44,116 nucleotides of DNA, taken from IMG/VR virus record IMGVR_UViG_3300045988_010956. The stretch is one strand, 5' to 3'. Position 1 is the first letter of the stretch. Each line of letters starts with the position of its first letter. Made by a program: the position numbers and the translations under genes. The notes below the pieces were generated by a model. The model did no database searches. It saw only the letters and a list, made by a program, of their open reading frames with translations, and had not been told where the DNA came from. Positions 26,401-35,705 of the stretch are shown piece after piece. The DNA comes from a virus.

Positions 26401-26739
26401 ATCGGCATCAATCTGCATTTTAAGATACGCATGGACTTTTGCCATATAGAAATAATAATCTTTCCACTGATCAGAAGTGTTATCTAACTCAAGCGTCATG
26501 GATTTGCAGATTACACATCCGATTGGAAAGCTGCTGCTTTCTGCACAATCAGAAAATGAGTTGTTACCACTCATAATTTCATCTTTTACGGTTTTTGCAG
26601 TTCCGTCAGGGAAAGTGATTTCCACTTCCTGCCAGACTTTTTCTCCGTTCTGTAGTTTTTGCTTAAATGCGTCTGATACATTAATCAAGCGGATCCACCC
26701 CCTGCATGTTACAAGATATCTTGGAATAGTATTCTTCAC
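23416..26739 (-). CDS. Tail-tip/tail fibre protein with a C-terminal Peptidase_S74 intramolecular chaperone domain
   Basis: 1107 aa. The C-terminus SSSSKRYKDIGG...WNYRMMIPAMFAMIKQQKSEIDNLKE matches the auto-cleaving chaperone of tail spikes. A TTG at 26688 with RBS GGGGGTGG is a likely alternative start. Confidence 0.75.
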   Translation of the reverse strand: MKNTIPRYLVTCRGWIRLINVSDAFKQKLQNGEKVWQEVEITFPDGTAKTVKDEIMSGNNSFSDCAESSSFPIGCVICKSMTLELDNTSDQWKDYYFYMAKVHAYLKMQIDADTIETIDKGVYTVTTPEQYGEILNLTALDDMYKTNAVHSTKLVLPQTVESLVRDACSTLGITAGFSKMAHGNLIVNELPKDMTYRQLFGWAAMLDTANARLDSNGSLQFVRWNLDAVPNIELKDYISMPTVSSDDIVITGINIISGDNSETYGTSGYILSMENNLVGESDLATVAAQIGDSIIGAKFRNLQGDMAFNPLLEFGDVAYTYDRNLNQYVTPLTDVSYTINGKTTLKTQADDPIRGMSLYYSGVTKAIVAARRLVEKEKNARELAIEKLQESLSVGSGLFATYVQQEDGSTISYFHDKGTLEESKNVIKITSEAIGVSNDGGKTYPFGFQLTGTMITKLLYAEGINADFINAGALTIKDEQGNIIFSVNMDTNSVYINPEYLMIGDVSLSDKIKELDENVAAAKNMTMTLSNEYQAISTDENGNIPGEFPQVQTTAQVMYGTMDVTDDCSYTITESENVTGIWDKPTHTYTVSEVTADNVWVDIKAVYLNALTITKRFSVSKQKSGTPGRTYVLESSTTILKRESENSITPNVVIFSAYYRDGENTGRTDYAGRFVIEETSDGKTWKTAYSSVADETSVNYYADYVFADSDGVLVADSDGSLIGARSKDIVGLRCSLYASGGTTNLIDTVKLDVITEVTALTQEDILKLLTNDGEWKGVYRGADGELYISFSAAMGGLLKLGGKNNGNGVLHIYDTYGRVKATLNYNGLVVYDTPLNPDTTTSQKYSGLLFNGASIKPVDGTTNLIDDDEIIEIDTDGIFYGRYVSDDGSPIFDAEFSILYAYEFDCNDFSCNGGNAKLESVKTDSAEIKDATITNAVITNLKNVVITNSRLEGDVIGSISGTASLKSLKLTNLQSATDGAALIVSSSGMVFKRSSSSKRYKDIGGSIIPSEIEEWYKIEPVWAKYKDGYLAEGDENEGRYLPMFIAEDVEEHFPQAATHVNNQIEDWNYRMMIPAMFAMIKQQKSEIDNLKEDIKELRKNIKEMRGE

Positions 26740-27085
26740 CAGGTGCTACACAAGCTATGGAAAACGTTCCCTTTCCAACATAGAATGATTCTGTACGCCA
26801 ATCATGGTGCCTTATGGAGTAGTGATACAAATTAAAAGGTTTCCCATGTATTATTGCGTTTATAAGTTCTTCTGCTTCACTCACTGGTATATTGCTAGCC
26901 TCATAGCTGTACTGAACAACCGTAAATAATGGAACTAATATAGCTTTTCCAAATTGCGTACGATCGCTTCCTTCGGAGTAAGTTGTTTCAAAATTACACG
27001 CCATATCCTTGTCTGGCTGAGGCATGTGCTTGCCATTTATCTTATACCTATCCGTTATAGATTTGCTCAATAATATAGATGCCAT
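26681..27085 (-). CDS. Hypothetical tail protein in the distal-tail-protein position
   Basis: 134 aa; located between the tape measure and tail-tip genes; short for a Dit. Confidence 0.45.
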   Translation of the reverse strand: MASILLSKSITDRYKINGKHMPQPDKDMACNFETTYSEGSDRTQFGKAILVPLFTVVQYSYEASNIPVSEAEELINAIIHGKPFNLYHYSIRHHDWRTESFYVGKGTFSIACVAPGEEYYSKISCNMQGVDPLD

Positions 27086-27096
27086 GCACTCGCCTC

Positions 27097-29928
27097 CTAT
27101 GCCAGCTCAAACGGATTTCTGCCGCTTGTATCACGTCTCAACCTTGCTTCTTCAATGATTTCGTCAAATACTGTTCTTCGGTTAATCTGAGCGATAAAAC
27201 GATAATTTCCACCGCTCTGCTGTCCACCAGATTCCTCACGAACAATCTTTCTAAGCAGTGCTTCTGGTGTTTCAATGTTATTACCCTGTTTCTGGTCACC
27301 AAGGACAGCCAGAAATTCGCTTCTAGGTGGTATGACCGCACCTTTTGCCAGATATGGAATAGTTCCAATATTTGGAATATTGAATCCGTTAAATCCCCAC
27401 CACGAGCCGCCAATTTTGGGAACCCAATCAGGAACTGTTATCTTGAAACTAATTCCATTAATTTTGTTAATCAAACTATTAATAATGCCTAATATGGCAT
27501 TGAATCCACCAATAATTGCATTCAACGGAGATTTTACGATGGAAGCAAGACCTTGCCATACTCCAGAAAAAATCTGCTTAACGCCTTCCCACGCTCTCTT
27601 CCAATCACCTGTGAAGACTCCAACGATCAAATTAATCAAACCATCGAAAACCTTCCTAATACTATTCACAATATTTTTCACATTTCGAAAGAAAGCATTG
27701 AGGACGTTCCCGAAGACTCCAAATTGTTTCGTCCAGTCATTGGAAAATGCAGATTTTAGCCAATTTCCAAAAAGCACAAATACTTTTTTGATTTCTGACC
27801 AGATTCCTGTAGCGGTTTGCAAAATATCTTTGAAGCAAGCAGCGATACCGGCTGCCATAACCTTAAAAAAGCCAACAACCGCAGTCCATACATCTTTAGC
27901 CACGGCTTTGATGGTGTCCCAGTTTTTATACAGAAGTACACCGGCGGCAATAACTGCGCCGATTGCAATTACTACAAGCCCACCTGGTCCAATAGCCGTC
28001 GCAATCGCAGACAATCCACCCATGATTCCGCCTGAACCAGTCATTAATGCTATAAAACCAACTATTCCATCTTTTAGGATTCCGACAAAGCCCATTATGC
28101 TTGTTATTGCTTCACCGATTTTGGCTGCCGCAAAAGCCCCAATCAGAGCTGCACCGAATGCTTCGATGATTGATTGGTGATCCGCAAAAAATCCTGTCAA
28201 ATCAGACACTAGATTGATTACTGTCGGGAGTCCTACCTCAATGACCCATTTCAGCATCGGGAGAACGATATTGTTATAAATCCGTTCAAGAACATTTCCG
28301 AAAGATTCCAGATTTGCTGCATACGCACTGGTTAAATTGCTAATAGATTCCAGTAACGGATAGAAATCCAAATTCGCCGCCCACTTAGCCGTAGCTGACG
28401 CAATCTTTTCAACAAACTGCATAACCACCACAAGAGCATCTGCAATGTTCTGAATAATCTGCGTCCCGACATTGTTCTTGTTCCATGCATCCGCAAAACC
28501 GGATGTGATATTTCCGATAGTTTTAAGCACATTCTTAGCAATCCTCAGCATGGTCGTAAGCATCGTTGTGCCTGTGCCATTTGTCCAGACCTCTACAAGA
28601 CTCTTGCCTACACTCTTAGCGAGCTTCGCAATTCCCGACAAAGCAATGTTTGCCGCATCAATGGTGTTCTTGCCCTCTTTTTTCCATGCGTCCTGAAATG
28701 GCTTCCAGAGCTTCTTGAGCAGATCAGCAAGTTTCTTTGCAGAATCACTAATCTTGTCAAGTGCAGTTTCACCCTCTGCAAGATTGCCGTAGTCCACATT
28801 TCCTACTGAACTCGGAAGGCCACTGTTACCTGCTCCACCACTTCCGCCAGATGGAGATAGCGTGGACGATGAGTTGCTACCTGTAGATGTGGCTTTGTGT
28901 ATTTCGTCCAATGAAGAAAGATAATTTTTTGTTTCTTTATTTGCTTTTTTCGTGGCTGTTGCATTATCTTTATTGGCATCCGCCAATTTCTCTGCATTGT
29001 CTGCCGCCTGTCCATACTGATCTGCTGTATTTGCGATCGCGTCTGTTCCGGCAAGCCCTGCTCCACTTCCACTTGTCTGACCTGATGATTTCTTGCCAGT
29101 AATAAGCTCCGTAAATGACTTGAAGGCATTCGCCAGAGTCGCCAGTTTACCGAGCAAGATATTAATAACTTTCAGAACAGGTGTGAAAATATTAATCAAT
29201 CCCTGTCCGACTGTTGCCTTGAGAGACTGCAACTGCAATTGCATCACTCTGACCTGGTTCGCCCAGCTATCCGATGTTCGAATAAAATCCCCAGATGCAG
29301 CGGATAACTGTTTCTGTACAAAAGCCAGACGCAGAGCTACTTTCTCCTGCTCGGTCATGGCGGATGTGGTTTTACCATAACCGTTCGCCAGTGCGTACTG
29401 GTCTAGTGCCGACTGGGTCATTACCACGCCAAGATCCTTGAGCGTTTCCGTTTCGCCCGTAAACACTGATTTCAGTTTGATATAAGCTAGGTCTTGCGAA
29501 ATGTTATAGAATGATGCCACATCACCAGTTAGCTGTGTCAGAGCTGTTGACATATCATAAGCCTGTGCTTCTGAGAATCCGAACGACTTTGACATTGCTC
29601 CGAATGTACCGACATACCTTTTTGCCATCGTTTCTGACAAACCAGCTGAGGTCATGGCGTTCTTTGCGAATTCATTAACCTTATCCGACATGGTGGTAAA
29701 TGTAACATCAACCACGTTCTGTACTTCTGTGAGGTCAGAGCCGAGTTCCACACACTCTTTTCCGAACTGTACTAACTTGCCAACTGCAAAAGCCCCACCA
29801 ATCAGCAGGCCAATTTTTTTTACAGCACTTCCAAGGCCGTTAAATGACTGTTTTATAGCTGATACGCCATTTTGGACACCTGACGTGTCCATTCTAGTAT
29901 CAATAATGACTGAGCCATCAGCAGCCAT
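27097..29928 (-). CDS. Tape measure protein
   Basis: 943 aa; Gly/Ala-rich TM-like central block; located downstream of the chaperone pair. Confidence 0.85.
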   Translation of the reverse strand: MAADGSVIIDTRMDTSGVQNGVSAIKQSFNGLGSAVKKIGLLIGGAFAVGKLVQFGKECVELGSDLTEVQNVVDVTFTTMSDKVNEFAKNAMTSAGLSETMAKRYVGTFGAMSKSFGFSEAQAYDMSTALTQLTGDVASFYNISQDLAYIKLKSVFTGETETLKDLGVVMTQSALDQYALANGYGKTTSAMTEQEKVALRLAFVQKQLSAASGDFIRTSDSWANQVRVMQLQLQSLKATVGQGLINIFTPVLKVINILLGKLATLANAFKSFTELITGKKSSGQTSGSGAGLAGTDAIANTADQYGQAADNAEKLADANKDNATATKKANKETKNYLSSLDEIHKATSTGSNSSSTLSPSGGSGGAGNSGLPSSVGNVDYGNLAEGETALDKISDSAKKLADLLKKLWKPFQDAWKKEGKNTIDAANIALSGIAKLAKSVGKSLVEVWTNGTGTTMLTTMLRIAKNVLKTIGNITSGFADAWNKNNVGTQIIQNIADALVVVMQFVEKIASATAKWAANLDFYPLLESISNLTSAYAANLESFGNVLERIYNNIVLPMLKWVIEVGLPTVINLVSDLTGFFADHQSIIEAFGAALIGAFAAAKIGEAITSIMGFVGILKDGIVGFIALMTGSGGIMGGLSAIATAIGPGGLVVIAIGAVIAAGVLLYKNWDTIKAVAKDVWTAVVGFFKVMAAGIAACFKDILQTATGIWSEIKKVFVLFGNWLKSAFSNDWTKQFGVFGNVLNAFFRNVKNIVNSIRKVFDGLINLIVGVFTGDWKRAWEGVKQIFSGVWQGLASIVKSPLNAIIGGFNAILGIINSLINKINGISFKITVPDWVPKIGGSWWGFNGFNIPNIGTIPYLAKGAVIPPRSEFLAVLGDQKQGNNIETPEALLRKIVREESGGQQSGGNYRFIAQINRRTVFDEIIEEARLRRDTSGRNPFELA

Positions 29929-29943
29929 GTGTCCACCTCCTAA

Positions 29944-30516
29944 CTATTTGAGGTTTAACATCTCATTCAGCGCATCCTTGTACGCTTGCTCCTCTTCGCT
30001 GAGACGTGTTTTTATATCAATAATGTTCTTATTCTCTTGATAGAATTTCTTTTCCCATTTATCGAGCTTTTCGCCCTTCGCCTTTTTAGAACGAATTCCA
30101 ACAACTGTATTAAACAGGCACTCGCCGGATTCCATAAAATATCCAAAGAACGTCCACCAGTGCATATACGGTACGGCCCTGATTTCTTTTCCGGCAACTT
30201 TATTTACAGCCGGTACAATCATATCTCCATCCTGTTCCCAGTCCATCAAACGGGGCTTTGGGTGGTTTGGATTATCGTCCGACTGTCCGCAGTCGATGAA
30301 CTCCGATGCTTTCTGGCAGGCCTCGTCCAAGCACTCAGCCGGTATACTTTGCCAGTCTTCAAACAAAATCTGTAACATAACTACCGCTTTCGCCTGTTCG
30401 TCCAGCTCCGGGTCATTCATGGCAATTAGAATGTCAATAATCGCGCGAAAATCCGTTCTGATAGAAAAATCCACCCCACTGATGTTGAGTGAGGTGGGAA
30501 GCTCATAGGCGGTCAT
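29944..30516 (-). CDS. Gp15-family tail assembly protein
   Basis: MTAYELPTSLNISGVDFSIRTDFRAIIDILIAMNDPELDEQAK matches the bacteriophage Gp15 family pattern. Confidence 0.65.
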   Translation of the reverse strand: MTAYELPTSLNISGVDFSIRTDFRAIIDILIAMNDPELDEQAKAVVMLQILFEDWQSIPAECLDEACQKASEFIDCGQSDDNPNHPKPRLMDWEQDGDMIVPAVNKVAGKEIRAVPYMHWWTFFGYFMESGECLFNTVVGIRSKKAKGEKLDKWEKKFYQENKNIIDIKTRLSEEEQAYKDALNEMLNLK

Positions 30517-30938
30517 TTTGTATACTTCTCCGTATACTTATTGACTGCTGCCTGCATTTTCTTTTTTCTCTTTTCGATTTCCGGTTTTATCGCATCGCTG
30601 ATTTTATCCAAAACGATATAAGCAAACACCTGACCATTGCCGAATACAGTGGTTGCTGTGATTGGCTCTTTAAACAGGTCTTTTGATGCTTCGTATCCGA
30701 GCAGATAGTTGATTTTGTCCTCGATCTGTTTATTGAGTTCAGCCATTTCTTTGCCGGAAGTGACTTTCTGGATAGAATCTTTGAGCTGTTCAAAGTATTC
30801 TGTCAGTTCCTCGGCACGTGCTGCTACATTAATGTCTGTCGGGTTTAACTTAAAAGAAGAAAAGATTTCGTCTTCGTTGTTTGTGAATGTAAAGATGAGA
30901 ATTCCATCATCAATTTTGGTGTTAATTATTTTTGCCAT
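30513..30938 (-). CDS. Tail assembly chaperone-like protein
   Basis: 141 aa, acidic; located between the major tail gene and Gp15; 4-nt overlap. Confidence 0.5.
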   Translation of the reverse strand: MAKIINTKIDDGILIFTFTNNEDEIFSSFKLNPTDINVAARAEELTEYFEQLKDSIQKVTSGKEMAELNKQIEDKINYLLGYEASKDLFKEPITATTVFGNGQVFAYIVLDKISDAIKPEIEKRKKKMQAAVNKYTEKYTK

Positions 30939-30964
30939 TTAGCGTGCCCTCCTTTTATATGTGC

Positions 30965-31465
30965 TTATTCGCTGTCAGCTGTGAATGTACCGGAACTGAT
31001 ATCAAATTTTCCTTTTACACGTTCTCCAACATAGTTCACGGTAAATGGAATCTGATAGCCAGATGTGTCACCGCCGTAGGAGGTCGGCACAACGTAGCAA
31101 TCCTGCTGATATGCTTCATACTTGCCTGCTGTGGCTTCTATCCAGAGATGAACCTCAACTGCTTTTGTCTTGAGGTTGTCGTCTTTGTATCTGTTGTCTA
31201 CGATTTTCTGTAATGCTGTGAATAGATCAGAAGTAGTGTCTGCATAGAATGGATCAGCGTCAGAAGAAGCTTCATAGCCATTATGTTTAAATGTGGATTC
31301 TCCGATAATGTTTTTAGATGTTTCAGTGTCTGGATTGAGTTCAACATTGTACTCTTCCAGATCTTTTCCTTGACGCTCATATTTCGGTGTCAGTCCTCCA
31401 CAGAGGGAACCTGCATCGATGTAATGTGCCATATATTTACGGTCAATCTTGCCTGTAACTGCCAT
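30965..31465 (-). CDS. Major tail protein
   Basis: Start MAVTGKIDRKYMAHYIDAGS. Called from its position upstream of the chaperones and tape measure. The track ORF begins at a TTG at 31525. Confidence 0.6.
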   Translation of the reverse strand: MAVTGKIDRKYMAHYIDAGSLCGGLTPKYERQGKDLEEYNVELNPDTETSKNIIGESTFKHNGYEASSDADPFYADTTSDLFTALQKIVDNRYKDDNLKTKAVEVHLWIEATAGKYEAYQQDCYVVPTSYGGDTSGYQIPFTVNYVGERVKGKFDISSGTFTADSE

Positions 31466-31557
31466 AGAAATGTCCTTTCTGCCTATAACTTTTAAAAGGC
31501 TGTGTAGGTTAGTGACTATCTCCAACTGATAGCCGGTTGTTATTCGTTATATTACTT

Positions 31558-32067
31558 TTATATTACTTCATAAGTGTTTTCGTAGCGTACTGACAATGGC
31601 AATAACCAATCCTGCACACCACTCTCCTGCGGCTCTAATCCGTAGGAATTATCACGAGTGATACGTTTTATTACTCTTCCTTGTGAAAGCTCTGGAAAAG
31701 CAGATAAGCGTGTCTCAGCGCCGTTTATGACAACTGGTTCCCGACATATCCATTTACCGAGATTATCCAGGAACTTCTGAACAGATAACTTCTGCCGTTC
31801 CTTGTCGGATGCCGTGCGGTAAACCACATAGAATGGATACTGGCATACCTGATGCATTACTCCGCATACATCTTCTTTTTCTGAATAAATCAAGGCGCCG
31901 TTATCTGCCGAGAACGCAATTCCGGAATCTTTGCCGAGTTCCTCGAATTTGATTGTTTCATTTTCATACAGTCCCGGATACTGGTTCAGAAGTGCTTTCA
32001 TGGCATCTGTCAGAATCTCATATCCGGTTGCATCTTTGCCAATTGGCTTATCTGCCATGTCGTCCAC
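31558..32067 (-). CDS. Neck/tail-completion protein ('minor capsid' family, tentative)
   Basis: 169 aa; called from synteny. Confidence 0.45.
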   Translation of the reverse strand: MDDMADKPIGKDATGYEILTDAMKALLNQYPGLYENETIKFEELGKDSGIAFSADNGALIYSEKEDVCGVMHQVCQYPFYVVYRTASDKERQKLSVQKFLDNLGKWICREPVVINGAETRLSAFPELSQGRVIKRITRDNSYGLEPQESGVQDWLLPLSVRYENTYEVI

Positions 32068-32560
32068 CTCCTGCCTGTGCTTTTACTTTGCGAAGCCATG
32101 TACTGCCGTATTTTCGTTTAGCGGCATCGAACCATTCAGCTTGTACCTGAGTATGCGGTGATTTTGTATATTGAAGATTCTCCTTTGCGTTTGTCTTGCC
32201 AGAATACTGACTCACAAGAACCTTTTCCGCATCGCGTCTTGCCCAGGTGCTACCTGTTGCGGGGTCGACCATGGTCTTTCCAAAATAAAGAAAACGTCCA
32301 TATGGTTCTGCCGCTGCACATACAAATCCAGTCCCTTGCATCGATGTACTTTTGGCTCTTGTTCGGTCAATAAAATCTCCCGAAATCATTGGCATAAACT
32401 CTATCATGCTGTCCATAACCATTCCGTCAAGGAGATACTGAGCTTCTTGATACTGTCTGGAGAACCTGTCCATATTCAGTTTGATTTTCATATCTCCATC
32501 GACTACGGAGAATCCTTTGAAATGATGAATTTTGCTCATATTACTTACCCAGAATCTCAA
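32048..32560 (-). CDS. Neck protein ('minor capsid' family, tentative)
   Basis: 170 aa; contains EPYGRFLYFGK; called from synteny. Confidence 0.45.
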   Translation of the reverse strand: MRFWVSNMSKIHHFKGFSVVDGDMKIKLNMDRFSRQYQEAQYLLDGMVMDSMIEFMPMISGDFIDRTRAKSTSMQGTGFVCAAAEPYGRFLYFGKTMVDPATGSTWARRDAEKVLVSQYSGKTNAKENLQYTKSPHTQVQAEWFDAAKRKYGSTWLRKVKAQAGGGRHGR

Positions 32561-33002
32561 AATGTGGAATCAGTGTATACGGACCGCCTACACTGGTAAT
32601 CTTGAACACGTTGTCCCTGTTCTCATTCATGTACTGGTAGAATCCATTCCGATAATCACTGTCAATTACCGTTCCGCCAGTCCACTCACCCTCCCAGAAG
32701 AACGATTCATCCGAAAATGTGATAGTGTCTTCCAGAGCGTTATTAATCTGCCTTTTCCACTCTTTAGGCGGCACCCATGGAAGAATCTTGCCGTCTTTAT
32801 CGATAATGGTTATATCGTCGTTCTGGACGGTATATCGAACATGTAACTGTGCGTTGTCAGTTGCGTCTGGTCCGTACTTTTTAAGGATTGCTCCCTTGTC
32901 GGTAATGAGGTCAACGCCAGATAAAACATGAGGATACCAGTACGAATCTCTTGTTGTCGGGCTCTCATAATAATTGAAAATCGTCACCGTTTTTTCGTAC
33001 AT
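32541..33002 (-). CDS. Neck/head-closure protein (tentative)
   Basis: 153 aa; called from synteny. Confidence 0.45.
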   Translation of the reverse strand: MYEKTVTIFNYYESPTTRDSYWYPHVLSGVDLITDKGAILKKYGPDATDNAQLHVRYTVQNDDITIIDKDGKILPWVPPKEWKRQINNALEDTITFSDESFFWEGEWTGGTVIDSDYRNGFYQYMNENRDNVFKITSVGGPYTLIPHFEILGK

Positions 33003-33018
33003 GATACCCTCTCCTTAA

Positions 33019-33291
33019 TTATTCTTTCTGCGCTGTCTGCTTAATAATCTGATTCACACCAGTAGCCGACAATCCGTTAAACATACCGACCGCAACTGCC
33101 GTGATATAATCCGTTGCCGGAAAATCCGGGATAACTCCCATCCCGACTGCTCCGAGAACACCACCAATAACCGCCATGATTACTGGAATCCATTCATCAG
33201 AGATTCCTTTTGATGCTTTGCAGCCCATTCCTACGATGTAGCAGATCATAACGATTGCTATACATGAGCCTAATGTTGAAATGTCCATCAT
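33019..33291 (-). CDS. Holin (phi LC3 / LL-H-like family)
   Basis: 90 aa. TM segments are LGSCIAIVMICYIVGMGC and WIPVIMAVIGGVLGAVGMGVI. The C-terminus ITAVAVGMFNGLSATGVNQIIKQ is typical of this holin family. Confidence 0.65.
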   Translation of the reverse strand: MMDISTLGSCIAIVMICYIVGMGCKASKGISDEWIPVIMAVIGGVLGAVGMGVIPDFPATDYITAVAVGMFNGLSATGVNQIIKQTAQKE

Positions 33292-33584
33292 TCAGATACC
33301 TCCTCATAAGTTTTTTCAAAAATATTTGGTTTACACGGATATAATTCTCCGTTTACACCCTGGATAACATAATCACCAATAGATACATGATGATTGCCTT
33401 CCAGAGTTTTGATATACAATTCTGGAATATCAGATGGTTTCGTCCTTGGAATAATATAATACATTGTTCCTTCTTTAAAGGCTTTTACTGCCCAGTCCGG
33501 CACATAATACTCGCCGTCCCTATCTTTCAAATCGCCATCATACTGAAATGCTTCAATTACAACTGGTTTCTTTCTAAATTTCAT
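33288..33584 (-). CDS. Hypothetical small phage protein
   Basis: 98 aa; the pattern MKFRKKPVVIEAFQYDG...GDYVIQGVNGELYPCKPNIFEKTYE recurs in small phage proteins. Confidence 0.55.
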   Translation of the reverse strand: MKFRKKPVVIEAFQYDGDLKDRDGEYYVPDWAVKAFKEGTMYYIIPRTKPSDIPELYIKTLEGNHHVSIGDYVIQGVNGELYPCKPNIFEKTYEEVSE

Positions 33585-33601
33585 TGATATACCTCACACA
33601 A

Positions 33602-33955
33602 TTACATCAAATCATATTCGTTGAACACTTTAAAAATCTTCGGTGACTGAATAGCAAACCAGTCGACCATTTCTTCGTTCACAGCCCAACTGTCAGCACT
33701 GTTCGAATTGGAATCAAGTCCAGATTCAAGCAGAAATGCATGAATGATTTCGTGTCTAACAACCTGTTTCTGATAGCTTTCAAGGTCTGCTTTTGCTCCA
33801 ATCTGTCCCTGTGATGCCTCCATATCATCAACCACAATTTCCCGTGTTGATAAATCAGTATATCCATCTACATTTGTCAGATTCGGATATTCTTTCTCGT
33901 TCCCGAACTTCACGCTCCATTCAGAGCCTAAGATATTAACCTTGAAATCCTGCAT
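33602..33955 (-). CDS. Putative zinc metallopeptidase (HExxH)
   Basis: Contains VVRHEIIHAFLLESG. The ATG at 33955 (MQDFKVNILG) overlaps the connector gene 3' end; the track start is 33976. Confidence 0.5.
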   Translation of the reverse strand: MQDFKVNILGSEWSVKFGNEKEYPNLTNVDGYTDLSTREIVVDDMEASQGQIGAKADLESYQKQVVRHEIIHAFLLESGLDSNSNSADSWAVNEEMVDWFAIQSPKIFKVFNEYDLM

Positions 33956-34436
33956 ATAAAATCGGTATCCCTTCATTCGTTCTTACTCCCATCAGAAGCG
34001 GTAAAGCTGCCTTAAGAAGTAAGTCGTTCGTTTTCTGTACGTCCCCGGCGGCGGCATACACAGCGCTCCATTCCTTTGCGCTTGCTCCAATCTGCTGAGG
34101 AGTTGCGTAAGAGATGGATTCGCTGCCGGATGATACAGAGGTTACAATGCCTGTTGAGATGTTCCCGACATTTATGTCGGTTACATTTGCCGATGCCTGA
34201 TTGATAGCATTCTTTTCAGCAAGCTCAATCTGATACATTAATTCAGCCAGTGAGCAGACCGCCTTTTTGATACGCTTCTGTGAGCGTTCATTTTCTGGCA
34301 GTCCATCCACCAGTCTGTCAAACGTCATTGTGTCCACAAAATCACTGGCTCTTTCTGCCAGTCGTGGAAAGTCGGCTTCTGGCACAACTGAACCGAAATA
34401 TGAAGTTGTGTAAAATTCATAATCTGCATAAGCCAT
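33936..34436 (-). CDS. Head-tail connector (gp6-like)
   Basis: The N-terminus MAYADYEFYTTSYFGSVVPEADFPRLAERASDFVD is typical of this family. It lies directly after the capsid gene. Confidence 0.65.
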   Translation of the reverse strand: MAYADYEFYTTSYFGSVVPEADFPRLAERASDFVDTMTFDRLVDGLPENERSQKRIKKAVCSLAELMYQIELAEKNAINQASANVTDINVGNISTGIVTSVSSGSESISYATPQQIGASAKEWSAVYAAAGDVQKTNDLLLKAALPLLMGVRTNEGIPILYAGFQG

Positions 34437-34457
34437 GCCAGTTACCTCCTGCGTTTA

Positions 34458-35624
34458 TCATTTTGCTGTTACAGTCGCGTGTCCTGCACTCAGTGCCTTA
34501 TAGGTGCTGTCACACTCAACTACCGTGATAACCTGCCCTGTTGTTGCGGTAATGTCAGATTCGCCATCCCACGCGCTCCAGTTCTTCACATTCTGTCCGT
34601 AGTCTACGGCAGTCTCAGAAGATGCAACTTTGTACTTGTACACATTGTTAGCGTTTTCTTTAGCCGGGTTTACAGTGATTTTTGTATCACCAGTTGCTGT
34701 TCCTGCCGCAGATGTTACTGTCAGAGTGCCAAGCGTTGGTGTCTCATCAATGGTAATTACTGCGATTGCATCAATGTACTCCGCAAAAAGAGTCAGTCCC
34801 ATAACTGCGAACGCTTCGGAAACTGCTGTGTGGTAGTTGCCCTGAGTGTGGAATCCGATCAGGTTTGTCTCGCCAGATACGGTGTATACAAGCCCTGCTC
34901 TTGCGAAGTCAGATTCGTTCGGGTCAACATAATACAGAACGATGTTCTCGACAGGTGTTGCAATAACCTGTCCTCTCGGGATTTCGCTGTCAGACAGTAA
35001 AAAGATTGTGTTGAATCCCATAAAGTCTTTCATGTACTGGAATCCGAACTGGTTCTGAATAGTAATTTCAGCTGCTCCGAGGTATTCATATACGTCCAGA
35101 ATGTTGACAAATCCAGCGACGCCAGTCACATTTCTGTGCATCTGCTTGAATTTGTTCTCAACACGACCCTTAGCCATTGCCAGAGCCATCTGGAATGTAG
35201 TTTCTGTGGAAGTAAGTGTACCGGTTTTCAGATAGTCATAGAATCTTCCGGTAACATCAGTCTGAAGCTGGAAAAGGAACTCATCGTCAGTCATCTGAAC
35301 AGCGTTCTCATAACCGTGATCCTTGATTGCTTCGATAGATACAGCCTTTGCGTACTTTTCGATAGTCATTTCCGCATAGTCTTTTTCTTTCACAACGAAT
35401 TTGCTATAAGGGATTTCCTCACCCTCTGCCACTTTTCCGCTCTGCAAAGTACCCTCTGCGTATTTAGACTTGAGTACAGCACCCGGCTGCTTTTTGATAG
35501 GTCTCATGATACCCAGAATCTCACGCAAGTGTTCCCAGTTTCTTTCGAATCTGGTTACAAAGTCAATCTCACGTGCTGCTACCTGGACATCATCTGTCAT
35601 AATAAGATTAGCTTTTGCTGCCAT
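34458..35624 (-). CDS. Major capsid protein with a C-terminal Ig-like extension
   Basis: 388 aa; follows the scaffold gene; C-terminus TLTVTSAAGTATGDTKITVNPA...TVVECDS. Confidence 0.8.
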   Translation of the reverse strand: MAAKANLIMTDDVQVAAREIDFVTRFERNWEHLREILGIMRPIKKQPGAVLKSKYAEGTLQSGKVAEGEEIPYSKFVVKEKDYAEMTIEKYAKAVSIEAIKDHGYENAVQMTDDEFLFQLQTDVTGRFYDYLKTGTLTSTETTFQMALAMAKGRVENKFKQMHRNVTGVAGFVNILDVYEYLGAAEITIQNQFGFQYMKDFMGFNTIFLLSDSEIPRGQVIATPVENIVLYYVDPNESDFARAGLVYTVSGETNLIGFHTQGNYHTAVSEAFAVMGLTLFAEYIDAIAVITIDETPTLGTLTVTSAAGTATGDTKITVNPAKENANNVYKYKVASSETAVDYGQNVKNWSAWDGESDITATTGQVITVVECDSTYKALSAGHATVTAK

Positions 35625-35705
35625 ATAAAAAAATCCTTTCTACCCATAACTATTAAGGTATTGGGTTAGCGGCTATACTCTGGTGTATAGCCGGTGTAAA
35701 AAAAA

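Noticed and set aside
27275-28180. 301-aa plus-strand ORF, with similar long antisense ORFs at 42825..43643, 10354..10911, 35136..35669, 34479..35000 and 18915..19310
   Set aside because: All lie entirely antisense to, or in alternate frames of, well-supported genes (tape measure, fibre, helicase, capsid). They have Pro/Ser/Ile-rich junk composition and no RBS. They are typical shadow ORFs.
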